Assembly: GCF_035084215.1 (NCBI RefSeq)
Contig: NC_090325.1
Coordinates: forward strand, 50,468,001 to 50,532,000
Length of the DNA: 64,000 bases
Direction: 5' to 3'
From: Heptranchias perlo
Taxonomy: Eukaryota
Under the pieces are notes generated by a model. It was given only the letters and a program-made list of their open reading frames with translations, ran no database searches and had not been told where the DNA came from. Position numbers and translations under genes: made by a program. Positions 13,325 through 24,309 of this stretch are shown piece after piece (the first letter of the stretch is position 1; every line of letters starts with the position of its first letter).

Positions 13325-14999
13325 TGATGGCTTCCATCCTAGGGTCTTGAGGGAAGTGGCAGTAGGGATTGTGGATGCTTTGGTGATAGTTTTCCAAAAT
13401 TCCCTGGACTCAGGAGAGGTCCCGGCAGATTGGAAAACTGCTAATGTAACACCGTTATTTAAAAAGGGTAGTAGGCAGAAGGCTGGAAATTATAGGCCAG
13501 TTAGCTTAACATCTGTGGTGGGTAAAATCTTGGAGTCTATTATTAAGGAGACAGTAACGGAACATTTAGATAAGCATAATTTAATAGGACAAAGTCAGCA
13601 TGGCTTTATGAAGGGGAAGTCATGTCTGACAAATTTGCTTGAGTTCTTCGAGGATATAACGTATAGGGTGGATAAAGGGGAACCAGTGGACGTAGTGTAT
13701 TTAGACTTCCAGAAGGCATTCGACAAGGTGCCACATAAAAGATTATTACTTAAGATAAAAAATCACGGGATTGGGGGTAATATTCTGGCATGGGTGGAGG
13801 ATTGGTTATCAAACAGGAAGCAGAGAGTTGGGATAAATGGTTCATTTTCGGACTGGCAACCAGTAACCAGTGGTGTTCCACAGGGGTCGGTGCTGGGTCC
13901 CCAACTCTTTACAATCTATATTAACGATTTGGAGGAGGGGACCGAGTGCAACATATCAAAATTTGCAGATGATACAAAGATGGGAGGGAAAGTAGAGAGT
14001 GAGGAGGACATAAAAAACCTGCAAGGGGATATAGACAGGCTGGGTGAGTGGGCGGAGATTTGGCAGATGCAATATAATATTGGAAAATGTGAGGTTATGC
14101 ACTTTGGCAGGAAAAATCAGAGAGCAAGTTATTTTCTTAATGGCGAGAGACTGGAAAGTACTGCAGTACAAAGATATCTGGGGGTCCTAGTGCAAGAAAA
14201 TCAAAAAGTTGGTATGCAGGTGCAGCAGGTGATCAAGAAAGCCAACGGAATGTTGGCTTTTATTGCTAGGGGGATAGAATATAAAAACAAGGAGGTATTG
14301 CTGCAGTTATATAAGGTATTGGTGAGACCGCACCTGGAATACTGCATACAGTTTTGGTCTCCATACTTAAGAAAAGACATACTTGCTCTCGAGGCAGTAC
14401 AAAGAAGGTTCACTCGGTTAATCCCGGGGATGAGGGGGCGGACATATGAGGAGAGGTTGAGTAGATTGGGACTCTACTCATTGGAGTTCAGAAGAATGAG
14501 AGGCGATCTTATTGAAACATATAAGATTGTGAAGGGTCTTGATCGGGTGGATGCAGTAAGGATGTTCCCAAAGATGGGTGAAACTAGAACTGGGGGGCAT
14601 AATCTTAGAATAAGGGGCTGCTCTTTCAAAACTGAGATGAGGAGAAACTTCTTCACTCAGAGGGTGGTAGGTCTGTGGAATTTGCTGCCCCAGGAAGCTG
14701 TGGAAGCTACATCATTAGATAAATTTAAAACAGAAATAGACAGTTTCCTAGAAGTAAAGGGAATTAGGGGTTATGGGAAGCGGGCAGGAAATTGGACATG
14801 AAGCTGAGTTCGAATCGGTCAATGCCCTGTGGGTGGCGGAGAGGGCCCAGGGGCTATGTGGCCGGGTCCTGCTCCGACTTCTTGAGTTCTTTAGATTTGT
14901 GGTTGGGATCAGATCAGCCATGATCTTATTGAATGGCGGAGCAGGCTCGAGGGGCCGATTGGCCTACTCCTGCTCCAATTTCTTATGTTCTTATGTTCT
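13325..14999 (+). mobile_element. Young 5'-truncated CR1 with uninterrupted RT and C-terminal frame (about 490 codons) and a double 3' UTR
   Basis: NYRPVSLTS, QHGF, YLDFQKAFDKVPH, GVPQGSVLGP, FADD intact; stop at 14801; (ttcttatg)n tail. Confidence 0.95.
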
Positions 15000-16310
15000 A
15001 AGTAGCATAGATTAAGAACAGATCTATCAGCTCAAAACTGTACATGCATGAGGCACTGTGGGCCATCAGCAGCAGCAGAATTATATTCCACCAGAATTGT
15101 ATTCCACCAGAATCTGTAACCTTAGAGCCAAGGATATTCCTCACTCCTTCATCACCATCAAGCCAGATAACCAACCCTGTTTCAATGAGGCGTGTAGAAG
15201 AGCATGCCGGAGACGTACCTGAAAATGAGATGCCAACCTGTAGAAGCTACACCCTATGACTTCATTCATAAATAGTGGAAGCAGCATCCTATTTGGGCAG
15301 GAAAGTGGCGTTGAGGTCGACGATCAGCCATGATCTTATTGAATGGCGGAGCAGGCTCGAGGGGCCGTATGGCCTATTCCTGCTCCTATTTCTTATGCTC
15401 TATTGATAGAGCTAAGTGATCCCACAACCAATGGATCAGATCAAAACTCTGCAATCCTACCAAATTTAACTGTGAATGATGGTGGACAATTAAGCAACTA
15501 ACATGAGTTGGAGGCTCCAAGAACATCCCCATCCTTAATAATGGCGGAGCCAGCATGAGTGCAAAAAACAAGGCAGAAACATTCGCAACCAGAAGTACTG
15601 AGTGCATGATCCTTCTCAGCCTCCTCTTGAGGTCCCCACCATCACACATGTCAGTCTTCAGCCAATTCGATTCACTCTGCATAATGTCAAGAAACTGCTG
15701 AGTGTACTGGACACAGCAAAGACTATGGGCCTGGACAATATCCAGTTGTAATGTTGAATATCTGTGCTCCAGAACTAGCTGTTCTAGTACAGCTACCACA
15801 CTGGCATCTACCTGACAATGTGGAAAATTTCCCAGGTATGTTTTGTCCACAAAAAGCAGGACAAATGCAACCCGGCCAGTTATCGCCCCATCAGCCTACT
15901 CTCAATCACAGCAAAGTGACTGGCATCCCATCCAGCAGCTTAAACATCCACTCCCTCCACCACCGGTGTAAGCGTACCATGGCTATATTGTGTAGTATCT
16001 ACAGGATGTACTGCAGCAAGTTGTGAAGGCTTCTTCGGCAATACCTCCCAAACCAATGAGCTCCAACACCTAGAAGGACAAGGGCAATAAGTGCATGGGA
16101 ACACCATCCCAATTTGAACATATATCGCAGTTCTTTCATCGTCAGTGGGTCAAAATCCTGGAACTCCCTACCTAACAGCAATGTGGAATACCTCACCACG
16201 TGAACTGTAGAAGTTTAAGAAGGCTGCTCACCACCACCTTCTGTAGGGCAACTAAGGATGGGTAATAAATGCCGGCTTTGCCAACAGTGCCTATATCCTG
16301 AGAATGAATT
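15000..16310 (+). mobile_element. LINE family B continued (linker, RT start, internal deletion, 3' end)
   Basis: Resumes host sequence after the CR1 tail; CAPELA and YRPISLL motifs; 3' end gggcaactaaggatgggtaataaatgccggc...gaatgaat as at 22737-22799. Confidence 0.8.
15294..15399 (+). mobile_element. Short CR1 3'-UTR insertion nested in LINE family B
   Basis: gatcagccatgatcttattgaatggcggagcaggctcgaggggcc...ttcttatg; ctatt repeated on both sides (15289-15293, 15400-15404). Confidence 0.85.
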
Positions 16311-16369
16311 TCTTAATTCATGTGGAATGCAGTTTTTTATCATTTGCTGACAACCTGTCAACTTCTTCT

Positions 16370-19300
16370 ATAGAATCATAGAATGACCGCCTCCTGTGCT
16401 GCAACTATTCGGCCTATCGAGCCCGTGCTGGCTCTTTGGGACTAACTGGATTGTTCTTACATTCTCCTGCTCTTTCCCTGTAGCCCTGCAAATTTTTCCT
16501 TTTTGAAAACCGCGTTTGAATCTGCTTCCACCACCCTTTCAGGCAGTGCATTCCAGATCATAACTACTTGCTGCGTTTATATTTTTTAAAAAATGTTTTT
16601 CCTCATGTCGCCTTTGGCTCTTTTGCCAATCTCCGTAAATCTGTATCCTCTGGTTCTCGACCCTTCCGCCAATGGGAATAGTTTCTCTTTATTTACTTTA
16701 TCTAAACCCTTCATGATTTTGAACACTTCTATCAAATCTCTTCTCAACCTTCTCTGCTCCAAGGAGAACAACCCCAGCTTCTCCAGTCTATCCACGTAAC
16801 TGAAGTCTCTCATCCCTGGAACCATTAGAGTAAATCTTTTCTCACCCTCTCTAGGGCCTTCACGTACTCTCTAAAGTGCGGTGCCCAGAACTGGACACAA
16901 TACTCCAGCTGTGGCCGAAGCAGTGTCTTATAACGGTTCAACATAAGTTCCTTGCTTTTGTATTCTATGCCTCTATTTATAAACTGCTTTCTCATCCTGT
17001 CCTGCCACCTTCAAAGATTTGTGCACATATACTCCCAGGTCTCTCTGTTCCTGCACCCCCTTCAGAATTGTACCATTTAGTTTATATTACATTTTGGCAG
17101 AAAGAACGAGGAGAGGTATCACTTCGCATTTCACTGCGTTAAATTTCATCTGTCATGTGTCCGCCCATTCCACTAGCCTGTCTGTCGTCTTGAAATCCAT
17201 TACTGTCCTCCTCACTGTTTACTACACTTCCAACTTTTGTGTTATTTGCAAATTTTGAAATTGTGCCTTGTACATCCAAGTCATTAATATGTCAAAAAAA
17301 GCAGTGGTCCTAGTACTGACCCCGGGGAACACCACTGACACCTTCCTCCAGTCCGAAAAACAACCATTCACCACTACTGTTTCCTGTCGCTTAGCCAATT
17401 TCATATCCATGCTACCACAGCCCCTTTATTCCATGGGCTTCAATTTTGCTGACAAGGCTATTATGTGGCACTTCATCAAATGCCTTTTGAAAGTCCATAT
17501 ACACAACATCAACCCTCTCTTACCTCATCAAAAACCTCAATCAAGTTAGTTAAACACGATTTGCCTTTAATAAATCCGTGCTGACTTTCCTTTATTAATC
17601 CACATTTGTCCAAGTGACTATCAATTTTGTCCCAGATTATCATTTCTAAAAGTTTCCCCGTTACTGAGGTTAAACTGACTGGCCAGTAGTTCCCGGGTTT
17701 ATCCTTGCACCCTTTTTTGAACAAGGGTAACATTTGCAATTCTCCAGTCCTCTGGCACCACCCCCATATGTAAGGAGGATTGGAAGATTATAGCCAACAT
17801 CTCTGCAATTTCCACCTTTTCCTCAGCAGCCTAGGATGCATCCCATCTGGACCGGGTGACTTATCCACTTTAAGTACAGCCAGCCTTTCTAGTACCTCCT
17901 CTTTTTATCAATTTTTAGCCCATCCAGTATCTCAACCACCTCCTCTTTTACTATGACTTTGGCAGCATCTTCCTTGGTAAAGACAGATGCAAAGTACTCA
18001 TTTAGTACTCGGCCATGCCTTCTGCCTCCATGCATAGATCTCCATTTTGGTACCTAATCACCCCCACCCCATCTCTTACTACCCGGTTACTATTTATGTA
18101 CCTATAGAAGACTTTTGGATTCCCTTTAATGTTGGCCGCCAGTCTATTCTCATTCTCTCTTTGCTCCTCTTGTTTCCTTTTTCAGTTCTCCTCTGAACTA
18201 TCTATATTCAGCCTGGTTCTCACTTGTATCATCAACCTGACATCTGTCGTACACCCCTTTTTTCCTTTTTCTGCTTCATCTTACTCTCTATCTCTTTCAT
18301 CATCCAGGGAGCTCTGGCTTTAGTTGCCCTACCTTTCCTCCTCGTGGGAATGTACCTAGACTGTACCCGAACCATCTCCTCTTTAAAGGCTGCCCATCGT
18401 TCGATTACAGTTTTGTCTGCCAGTCTTTGATTCCAATTTACCCGGGCCAGATCCGTTCTCAACCCACTGAAATTGGCCCTCCTTCAATTAAATATTTTTT
18501 ATTCTACATTGCTCCTTGCCCTTTTCCATGATTAACCTAAACGTTATGATACTATGATCACTGTTCCCTAAATGTTCCCCCACTGACACTTGCTCCACTT
18601 CATTCCCCAGAACCTGATCCAGCAATGCCTCCTTCCTTGTTGGGCCAGAAACGTACTGATTAAGAAAGTTCTCCGGAAAACACTTCAGAGACTCCTCCCC
18701 CTCTTTGCCCTTTACTATTACTACTCTATAATTCTTGCACCGCTCTGTAATTTCCCTGCAAATTTGTTCCTCTTTATCCTTCCCACTAGTTGGTGGCCTA
18801 TAGAATGCCCTCAGTAGTGTAATGGCACCTCTATTGTTTCTTAACTCTAACCAAATAGATTCCGTCGTTGACCCTTCAAGGACATTCCCTCTCTCCAGCA
18901 TTGCAATATTCTCCTTAATCAATACTGCATCCCTCTCCCCTTCTTTTCTTCCTTCCCTATCTTTCCTGAATATCTTGTATCCAGGAATATTTAGTACCCA
19001 ATACTGCCCTTTTTTGAGCCAGGTCTCCGTTATCGCCACTACATCATATTCCCATGTGGCTGTTTGCACCTGCTGCTCACCAACCTTATTTACCACGCTT
19101 CGTACGTTTACACACATGCACTCTAAACCTATCTTAGACCGTCTCATATTCTCTCTTAGTCTGATCCCAACTAATACTGTATTATTTCTTACTCTAGTGC
19201 TATCTGTCTTTCCCAATCCTTTGTGCACCTTGTTTCTCCTTTCTGATGCTAGATCCTGGTGCCCACCCCCCTGTCAAATTAGTTTAAACCTTCCCCCACA

Positions 19301-20545
19301 GCACTAGTGAACCTTCCCATGAGGACATTGGTCCCAGCTCTGTTGAGGTGCAACCTGTCCATCTTGAACAGGTCCCTCCTGCCCCAGAACTGGTCCCAAA
19401 GCCCCAAGAATCTGAAGCCCTCCCTCTTGCACCATGTCTGTAGCTGTGCATTAACCTGCCTTATCTTCCTATTTCTCTACTCACTAGCGCATGGCACTGA
19501 GAGTAATCCAGAGATTACTACCTTTTGAGGTCATGCTTTTTATCTTCCTCCATAGCTCCTGAAACTCTAACCGCAGGATCTCATCCCTTTTCTTTCCTAT
19601 GGTACCTACGTGGACTACGACTTCTGGCTGTTCCCCTTCCCCCCGCAGAATGTTCTGCACCCTCTCTGTGATGCCTTCCTGGTGCCAGGGTAAAAGACAA
19701 CACACCATGTGGGACTCCCGTCGGCAATCACAAACACCTGTCTGTCCTCCTGACTATTGAATTCCCCTATGACTACTGCATTCCACACTTGACCTTGGCC
19801 CTTGTGCAATCCTTTGCCCCATGGTGCCGTGCTCAGGACTTTACTCCATCGCGTTGTCATCACCCTCAATGCTGAATACTGGTGTGAGTGCCACACACCC
19901 AGAAGATTCCTGTACTGCCTGCCTCTTCCTACCCTTTCAGATGGCCATCCACTTGCTATCCTGAACTCTCCGTGGCTGCAGGATGACCACCTCCTGGAAC
20001 GTACGATCCAGGAAACCTTCTGCCTCCCTAATGCTCTGCAGTGACTCCAGCCGCCCCATAAGCTCAGAAACCTCAGCTTGAGCTCGAGCAACTGGAGGCA
20101 TTTCCTGAAGCGTCCTGAAGTTCCCACATGGCGCAGCAATTGCAGGCAGTGGGTCTCAGCTGCCCGTCCATTATATTTAGAAACCTTTTTTTCTAAACTA
20201 CCTTTAGATACTTCATTATTAATTTACTTATTGTTTACTTACCCCGATTAACCTACCCTTTTATTCCCGATCTTTCAGAGCTCCTCTCTGTTCACTGTGA
20301 TGTCATTCTCTCCACTCTTAGTGAATGGGGCTTCTCCCCTGGTGCTCAGCACTGCTTCTCTCGACTAAATAATCTATTCATTTATAGATAATTATTTTTA
20401 GTCTGGGTTTTTTTTGCTTTTTTAAAAAAAATTCAGCACCGCCTTCCCCCTCTACACCTAATTCTCCGACTCACCAAATTCTCACATTCCCACTTGGTTC
20501 ACGATCCACTCTTTGTGATCCACTCTGTGCTTCAGCCCTCCGACA
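16370..20545 (-). mobile_element. Near full-length degraded CR1 (5' UTR, ORF1 Zn-finger/esterase, ORF2 EN-RT, 3' tail)
   Basis: ORF1 ATG at 20171 (MDGQLRPTACNCCAMW...RKCLQL), NAVVIG, GEQPEVVVHVGT; ORF2 NVRSVVNK, DVVAITETWL, LGNSDH, QHGFIKGKSCLTNL; many frameshifts. Confidence 0.92.
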
Positions 20546-20623
20546 CGCTCTAGTTACAATTGGTTAGTCAACTTCCAGCCACAGTTATTAACACCTAGTC
20601 AGGAAACTGCTTATAGCTTATTG

Positions 20624-21088
20624 TAAGAAAATAAGAAATAGGAGCAGTAATAGGCCATATAGCCCCTCGAGCCTGCTCCGCCATTCAGTAAGATCATGGC
20701 TGATCATCTACCTCAACTCCACTTTCTTGCCCGATCCCCATATCCCTTGATTCCCCAAGAGTCCAAAAATCTATCTATCTCAGCCTTGAACATATTCAAC
20801 TACTCAGTATCCACAGCTCTCTGCGGTAAAGAATTCCAAAGATTCACAATCCTCTGTGTAAAGAAATTCCTCCTCATCTCAGTCTTAAATGGCCGACCCA
20901 TTATCCGGAGACTATGCCCTCTAGTTCTGGGCTCTCCAGCCAGGGGAAACAACTTCTCAGCATCTACCCTGTCAAGCCCCCTCAGAATCTTGTATGTTTC
21001 AATGAGATCACCTCACATTCTTCTAAACTCCAGAGAGTATAGGCCCATTCTACTCAACCTCTCATAGGACAAACCCTCTCATCTCATT
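20624..21088 (-). mobile_element. CR1 3' end (ttcttat-tail subfamily)
   Basis: taagaaataggagcag...ccattcagtaagatcatggctgatc is the reverse complement of the CR1 3' UTR. Confidence 0.9.
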
Positions 21089-21377
21089 CTCTGTTAACTA
21101 CTAACTGACATTGTTTGCAGCACTGACTTAAACTTTTAAAGTTATTAAACTAAGTTAAATTTCAGTTTAAATTAAAACACATGTACTACTTACCAGTGAA
21201 TTCTTACATTCACCAAATTCCCAGTTGAATGTCTTCACTCTTAATGGTTCACTCTATCTTTTCCAAACTCTGTGCTCAAGCTCCATTAAGATTTTTTTGT
21301 TCCACCACCCGTTCTGGTAAACTGTTCTACTTATTCACCACCCTTTTAGTAGAGGTTCCCCCTTTGTCAGGTGGATG

Positions 21378-22799
21378 CCAGCTACAACGCTAGCATCTAC
21401 CCAACAAAGTGGAAAATTGCCCAGGTATGTCCTGTCCACAAAAAGCAGGACAGATCCAATCCGGCCAATTACTGCCCCATCAATCTACTCTCAATCAGCA
21501 AAGTGATGGAAGGTGTCGTCGACAGTGCTATCAAGCGGCACTTACTCACCAATAACCTGCTCACCGATGCTCAGTTTGGGTTCCGCCAGGACCACTCTGC
21601 TCCAGACCTCATTACAACCTTGGTCCAAACATGGACAAAAGAGCTAAATTCCAGAGGTGAGGTGAGAGTGACTTCCCTTGACATCAAGGCAGCATTTGAC
21701 TGAGTGTGGCACCAAGGAGCCCTAGTAAAATTGAAGTCAATGGGAATCAGGAGGAAAACTCTCCAGTGGCTGGAGTCATACCTAGCACAAAAGAAGATGG
21801 TAGTGATTGTTGGAGGCCAATCATCTCAGCCCCAGGACATTGCTGCAGGAGTTCCTCAGGGCAGTGTCCTAGGCCCAACCATCTACAGCTGCTTCATCAA
21901 TGACCTTCCCTCCATCATAAGGTCAGAAATGGGGATGTTCGCTGATTGCACAGTGTTCGGTTCCATTCGCTCCTCCTCAGATAATGAAGCAGTCCGAGCC
22001 CGCATGCATCAAGACCTGTACAACATCCAGGCTTGGGCTGATAAGTGGCAAATAACATTCATGCCAGCCAAGTGCCAGGCCAACAAGAGAGAGTCTAACC
22101 ACCTCCCCATGACATTCAACAGCATTACCATCGCAGAATCCCTCACAGTCAACATCCTGGGGGTCACCATTGACTAGAAACTTAACTGGACCAGCCACAT
22201 AAATACTGTGGCTACAAGAGCAGGTCAGAGGCTGGGTATTCTTTGGCAAGTGACTAACCTCCTGACTCCCCAAAGCTTTTCCATCATCTACAAGGCACAA
22301 TTTCATGAGTGTGATGGAATACTCTCCACTTGCCTGGATGAGTGCAGCTCCAACAACACTCGAAGCTCGACACCATCCAGAACAAAGCAGCCTACTTGAT
22401 TGGCACCCCATCCATCACCTTAAACATTCACTCCCTCCACCACCGGTGCACTGTGGCTACAGTGTGTACCAGCTATAGGATGCACTGCAGCAACTCGCCA
22501 AGGCTTCTTTGACAGCACCTCCCAAACCCACGACCTCGATCACCTAGAAGGACAAGGGCAGCAGGCGCACAGGAATACCACCACCTGCACGTTCCCCTCC
22601 AAGTCCCACACCATCCTGCCATTTCTTCATCGCTATGTCAAAATCCTGGAACTCCCTTTGTAACAGCACTGTGCAAGTAAGTACCTTCGCCACAGTGACT
22701 CCAGCGGTTGAAGAAGTCTGCTCACTATCACCTTACGGGCATTTAGGGATGGACAGTAATGCTGGCCTTGCCAGCGACGCCCACATCCCATGAATGAAT
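21378..22799 (+). mobile_element. LINE family B, 5'-truncated, RT to 3' end
   Basis: KWKIAQVCPVHKKQ, QFGFRQ, LDIKAAFD, GVPQGSVLGP, FINDL; in-frame stops; tail ccatgaatgaat. Confidence 0.9.
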
Positions 22800-22821
22800 T
22801 TTTAAAAATTTCTATTATCTC

Positions 22822-23480
22822 TGTAACCCAAGGACCTATCCTTGGCCCCCTCCTATTCCTCATCTACCCCATCATCCGAAAACACATCAGATTCCACATA
22901 CACGTTGCCGACACCCAGCTCTACCTCACCACCACCTTTCCCAACCCCTCCACTGCCTCTGATTAGTCACGCTGCTTGTCCGACATCTAGTATTGGATGA
23001 GCATCCATTTCCTCCAATTAGATGCTGGGAAGATCGAGGCCATTGTCTTTGGTCCCTGACACACACTCCGTTCCTTAGCTACCGACTCCATTCCCCTTCC
23101 TTACCACCGTCTGAGTCTGAACCAGACAGTTCGCAACAGCAGTGTCCTATTTGTCCCTGAGCTGACCTTCCGACCCCATATCTTCTCCATCACTAAGACT
23201 GCCTACTTCCACTTCCAAAATATTGCCCGAATCCGCCCCTGACTCAGCCCATCTGTTGCTGAAACCCTCATCAATGCTTTTGTTACCTCCAGGCTATTCC
23301 AGTGCTCTCCTGGCCAGCCTCTCACCTACCACCCTCCGTAAACTTGCGCTCATCCAAAACTCTGCTGCGTGTATCCTAACTCACACCAAGTCCCATTCAC
23401 CCATCACAACCTGTGCTCGTTGACTTACGTTGACTCCCGGTCCAGCAACTCCTCGATTTTAAAAATTCTCATCCTTGTGT
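22822..23480 (+). mobile_element. L2-clade LINE fragment
   Basis: PQG.ILGPLLFLIY, DTQLYL and IQNSAA.ILT-type motifs; C/T-rich strand typical of L2. Confidence 0.8.
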
Positions 23481-23574
23481 TCATACACTACTAATCATTG
23501 TCTACCAACCAACCATTTGCCAATCCATTTTAATACATTCCTATCTATCCCATGGGCTTGGACCTTGTATAGTA

Positions 23575-23973
23575 GCCTAACAGGGTTCGCCAATGTAGTT
23601 ATGTTATTAGACTAGTAACAAGAGGCCTAGACGAACAATCCAGAGATTGAGAGTTCAAATTCCACTGTGGCAGTTTGAAAATTTGAATTTAGTCTTAAAA
23701 ATCTGGAAATAAAAAGCTAGTATGAGTAAAAGTGACCATGATGCTGTTGGATTTTCGTAAAAACCCAAATGGTTCACTAATGTCCTTTGAGGAAGGAAGC
23801 CTGCCGACCTTGCCCAGTCTGGCCTATATGTGACTCCAGTCCGACATCAATGTGATTGCCTTTCTAAGCCTCTTCAGTTAAGAGTCATTCAGTTGTGAAG
23901 GCCCACCACCACAACCTTCTCAGGGCAACGAGCGATTGGCAGTAAATGCCAGCAGCGCCCAAATCCCAAGAAT
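23575..23973 (+). mobile_element. tRNA-headed SINE with LINE-B-derived 3' tail, inserted in an old antisense CR1 relic (about 23490-24030)
   Basis: B box gagttcaaattcc; tail ccaccac..ccttctcagggcaa..gat.ggcagtaaatgcc matches LINE B ends. Confidence 0.75.
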
Positions 23974-24176
23974 ATATATTATGTGGGACAGTGTCGAATG
24001 CATTCCTGAAATTCAGGTAGGTAACATTCACCGTCTCTCCCAAACTACTAGGTCTGTTTTGCACTGGTATTGTGTATGGTTACTAAACTACTCTAGTTTT
24101 ATAACAAACTGATGTGGGGTGGGGGGTAACAAATCATTAAATGCGATTTTATTTACAGTGACTTTTATATTTTCAG

Positions 24177-24290
24177 AATGCAGCAAAACAGGCTGCAGCT
24201 GCTGCCACACAGACAATTGCTGCTGCTCAGAACGCTGCTTCCTCCAATAAGAATCCAGCTGCACAACAACAAATGGTTCAAAGCTGTAAG
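24177..24290 (+). CDS. TLN1: Talin-1 exon 9 NAAKQAAAAATQ...QMVQSCK
   Basis: ttttcag / gtgaga, 114 nt. Confidence 0.95.
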
Positions 24291-24309
24291 GTGAGATTCA
24301 GAATTACCA

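Noticed and set aside
13281-14801. 506-aa ORF as a domesticated or novel reverse transcriptase gene
   Set aside because: It is a 5'-truncated CR1 ORF2 lacking the endonuclease. The start is a chance fusion to junction filler, and youth explains the open frame.
18822-19528. Plus-strand ORFs of 161 and 73 aa, and many similar ORFs of 60-130 aa
   Set aside because: Antisense shadows of CR1 coding sequence; no splice or homology support.
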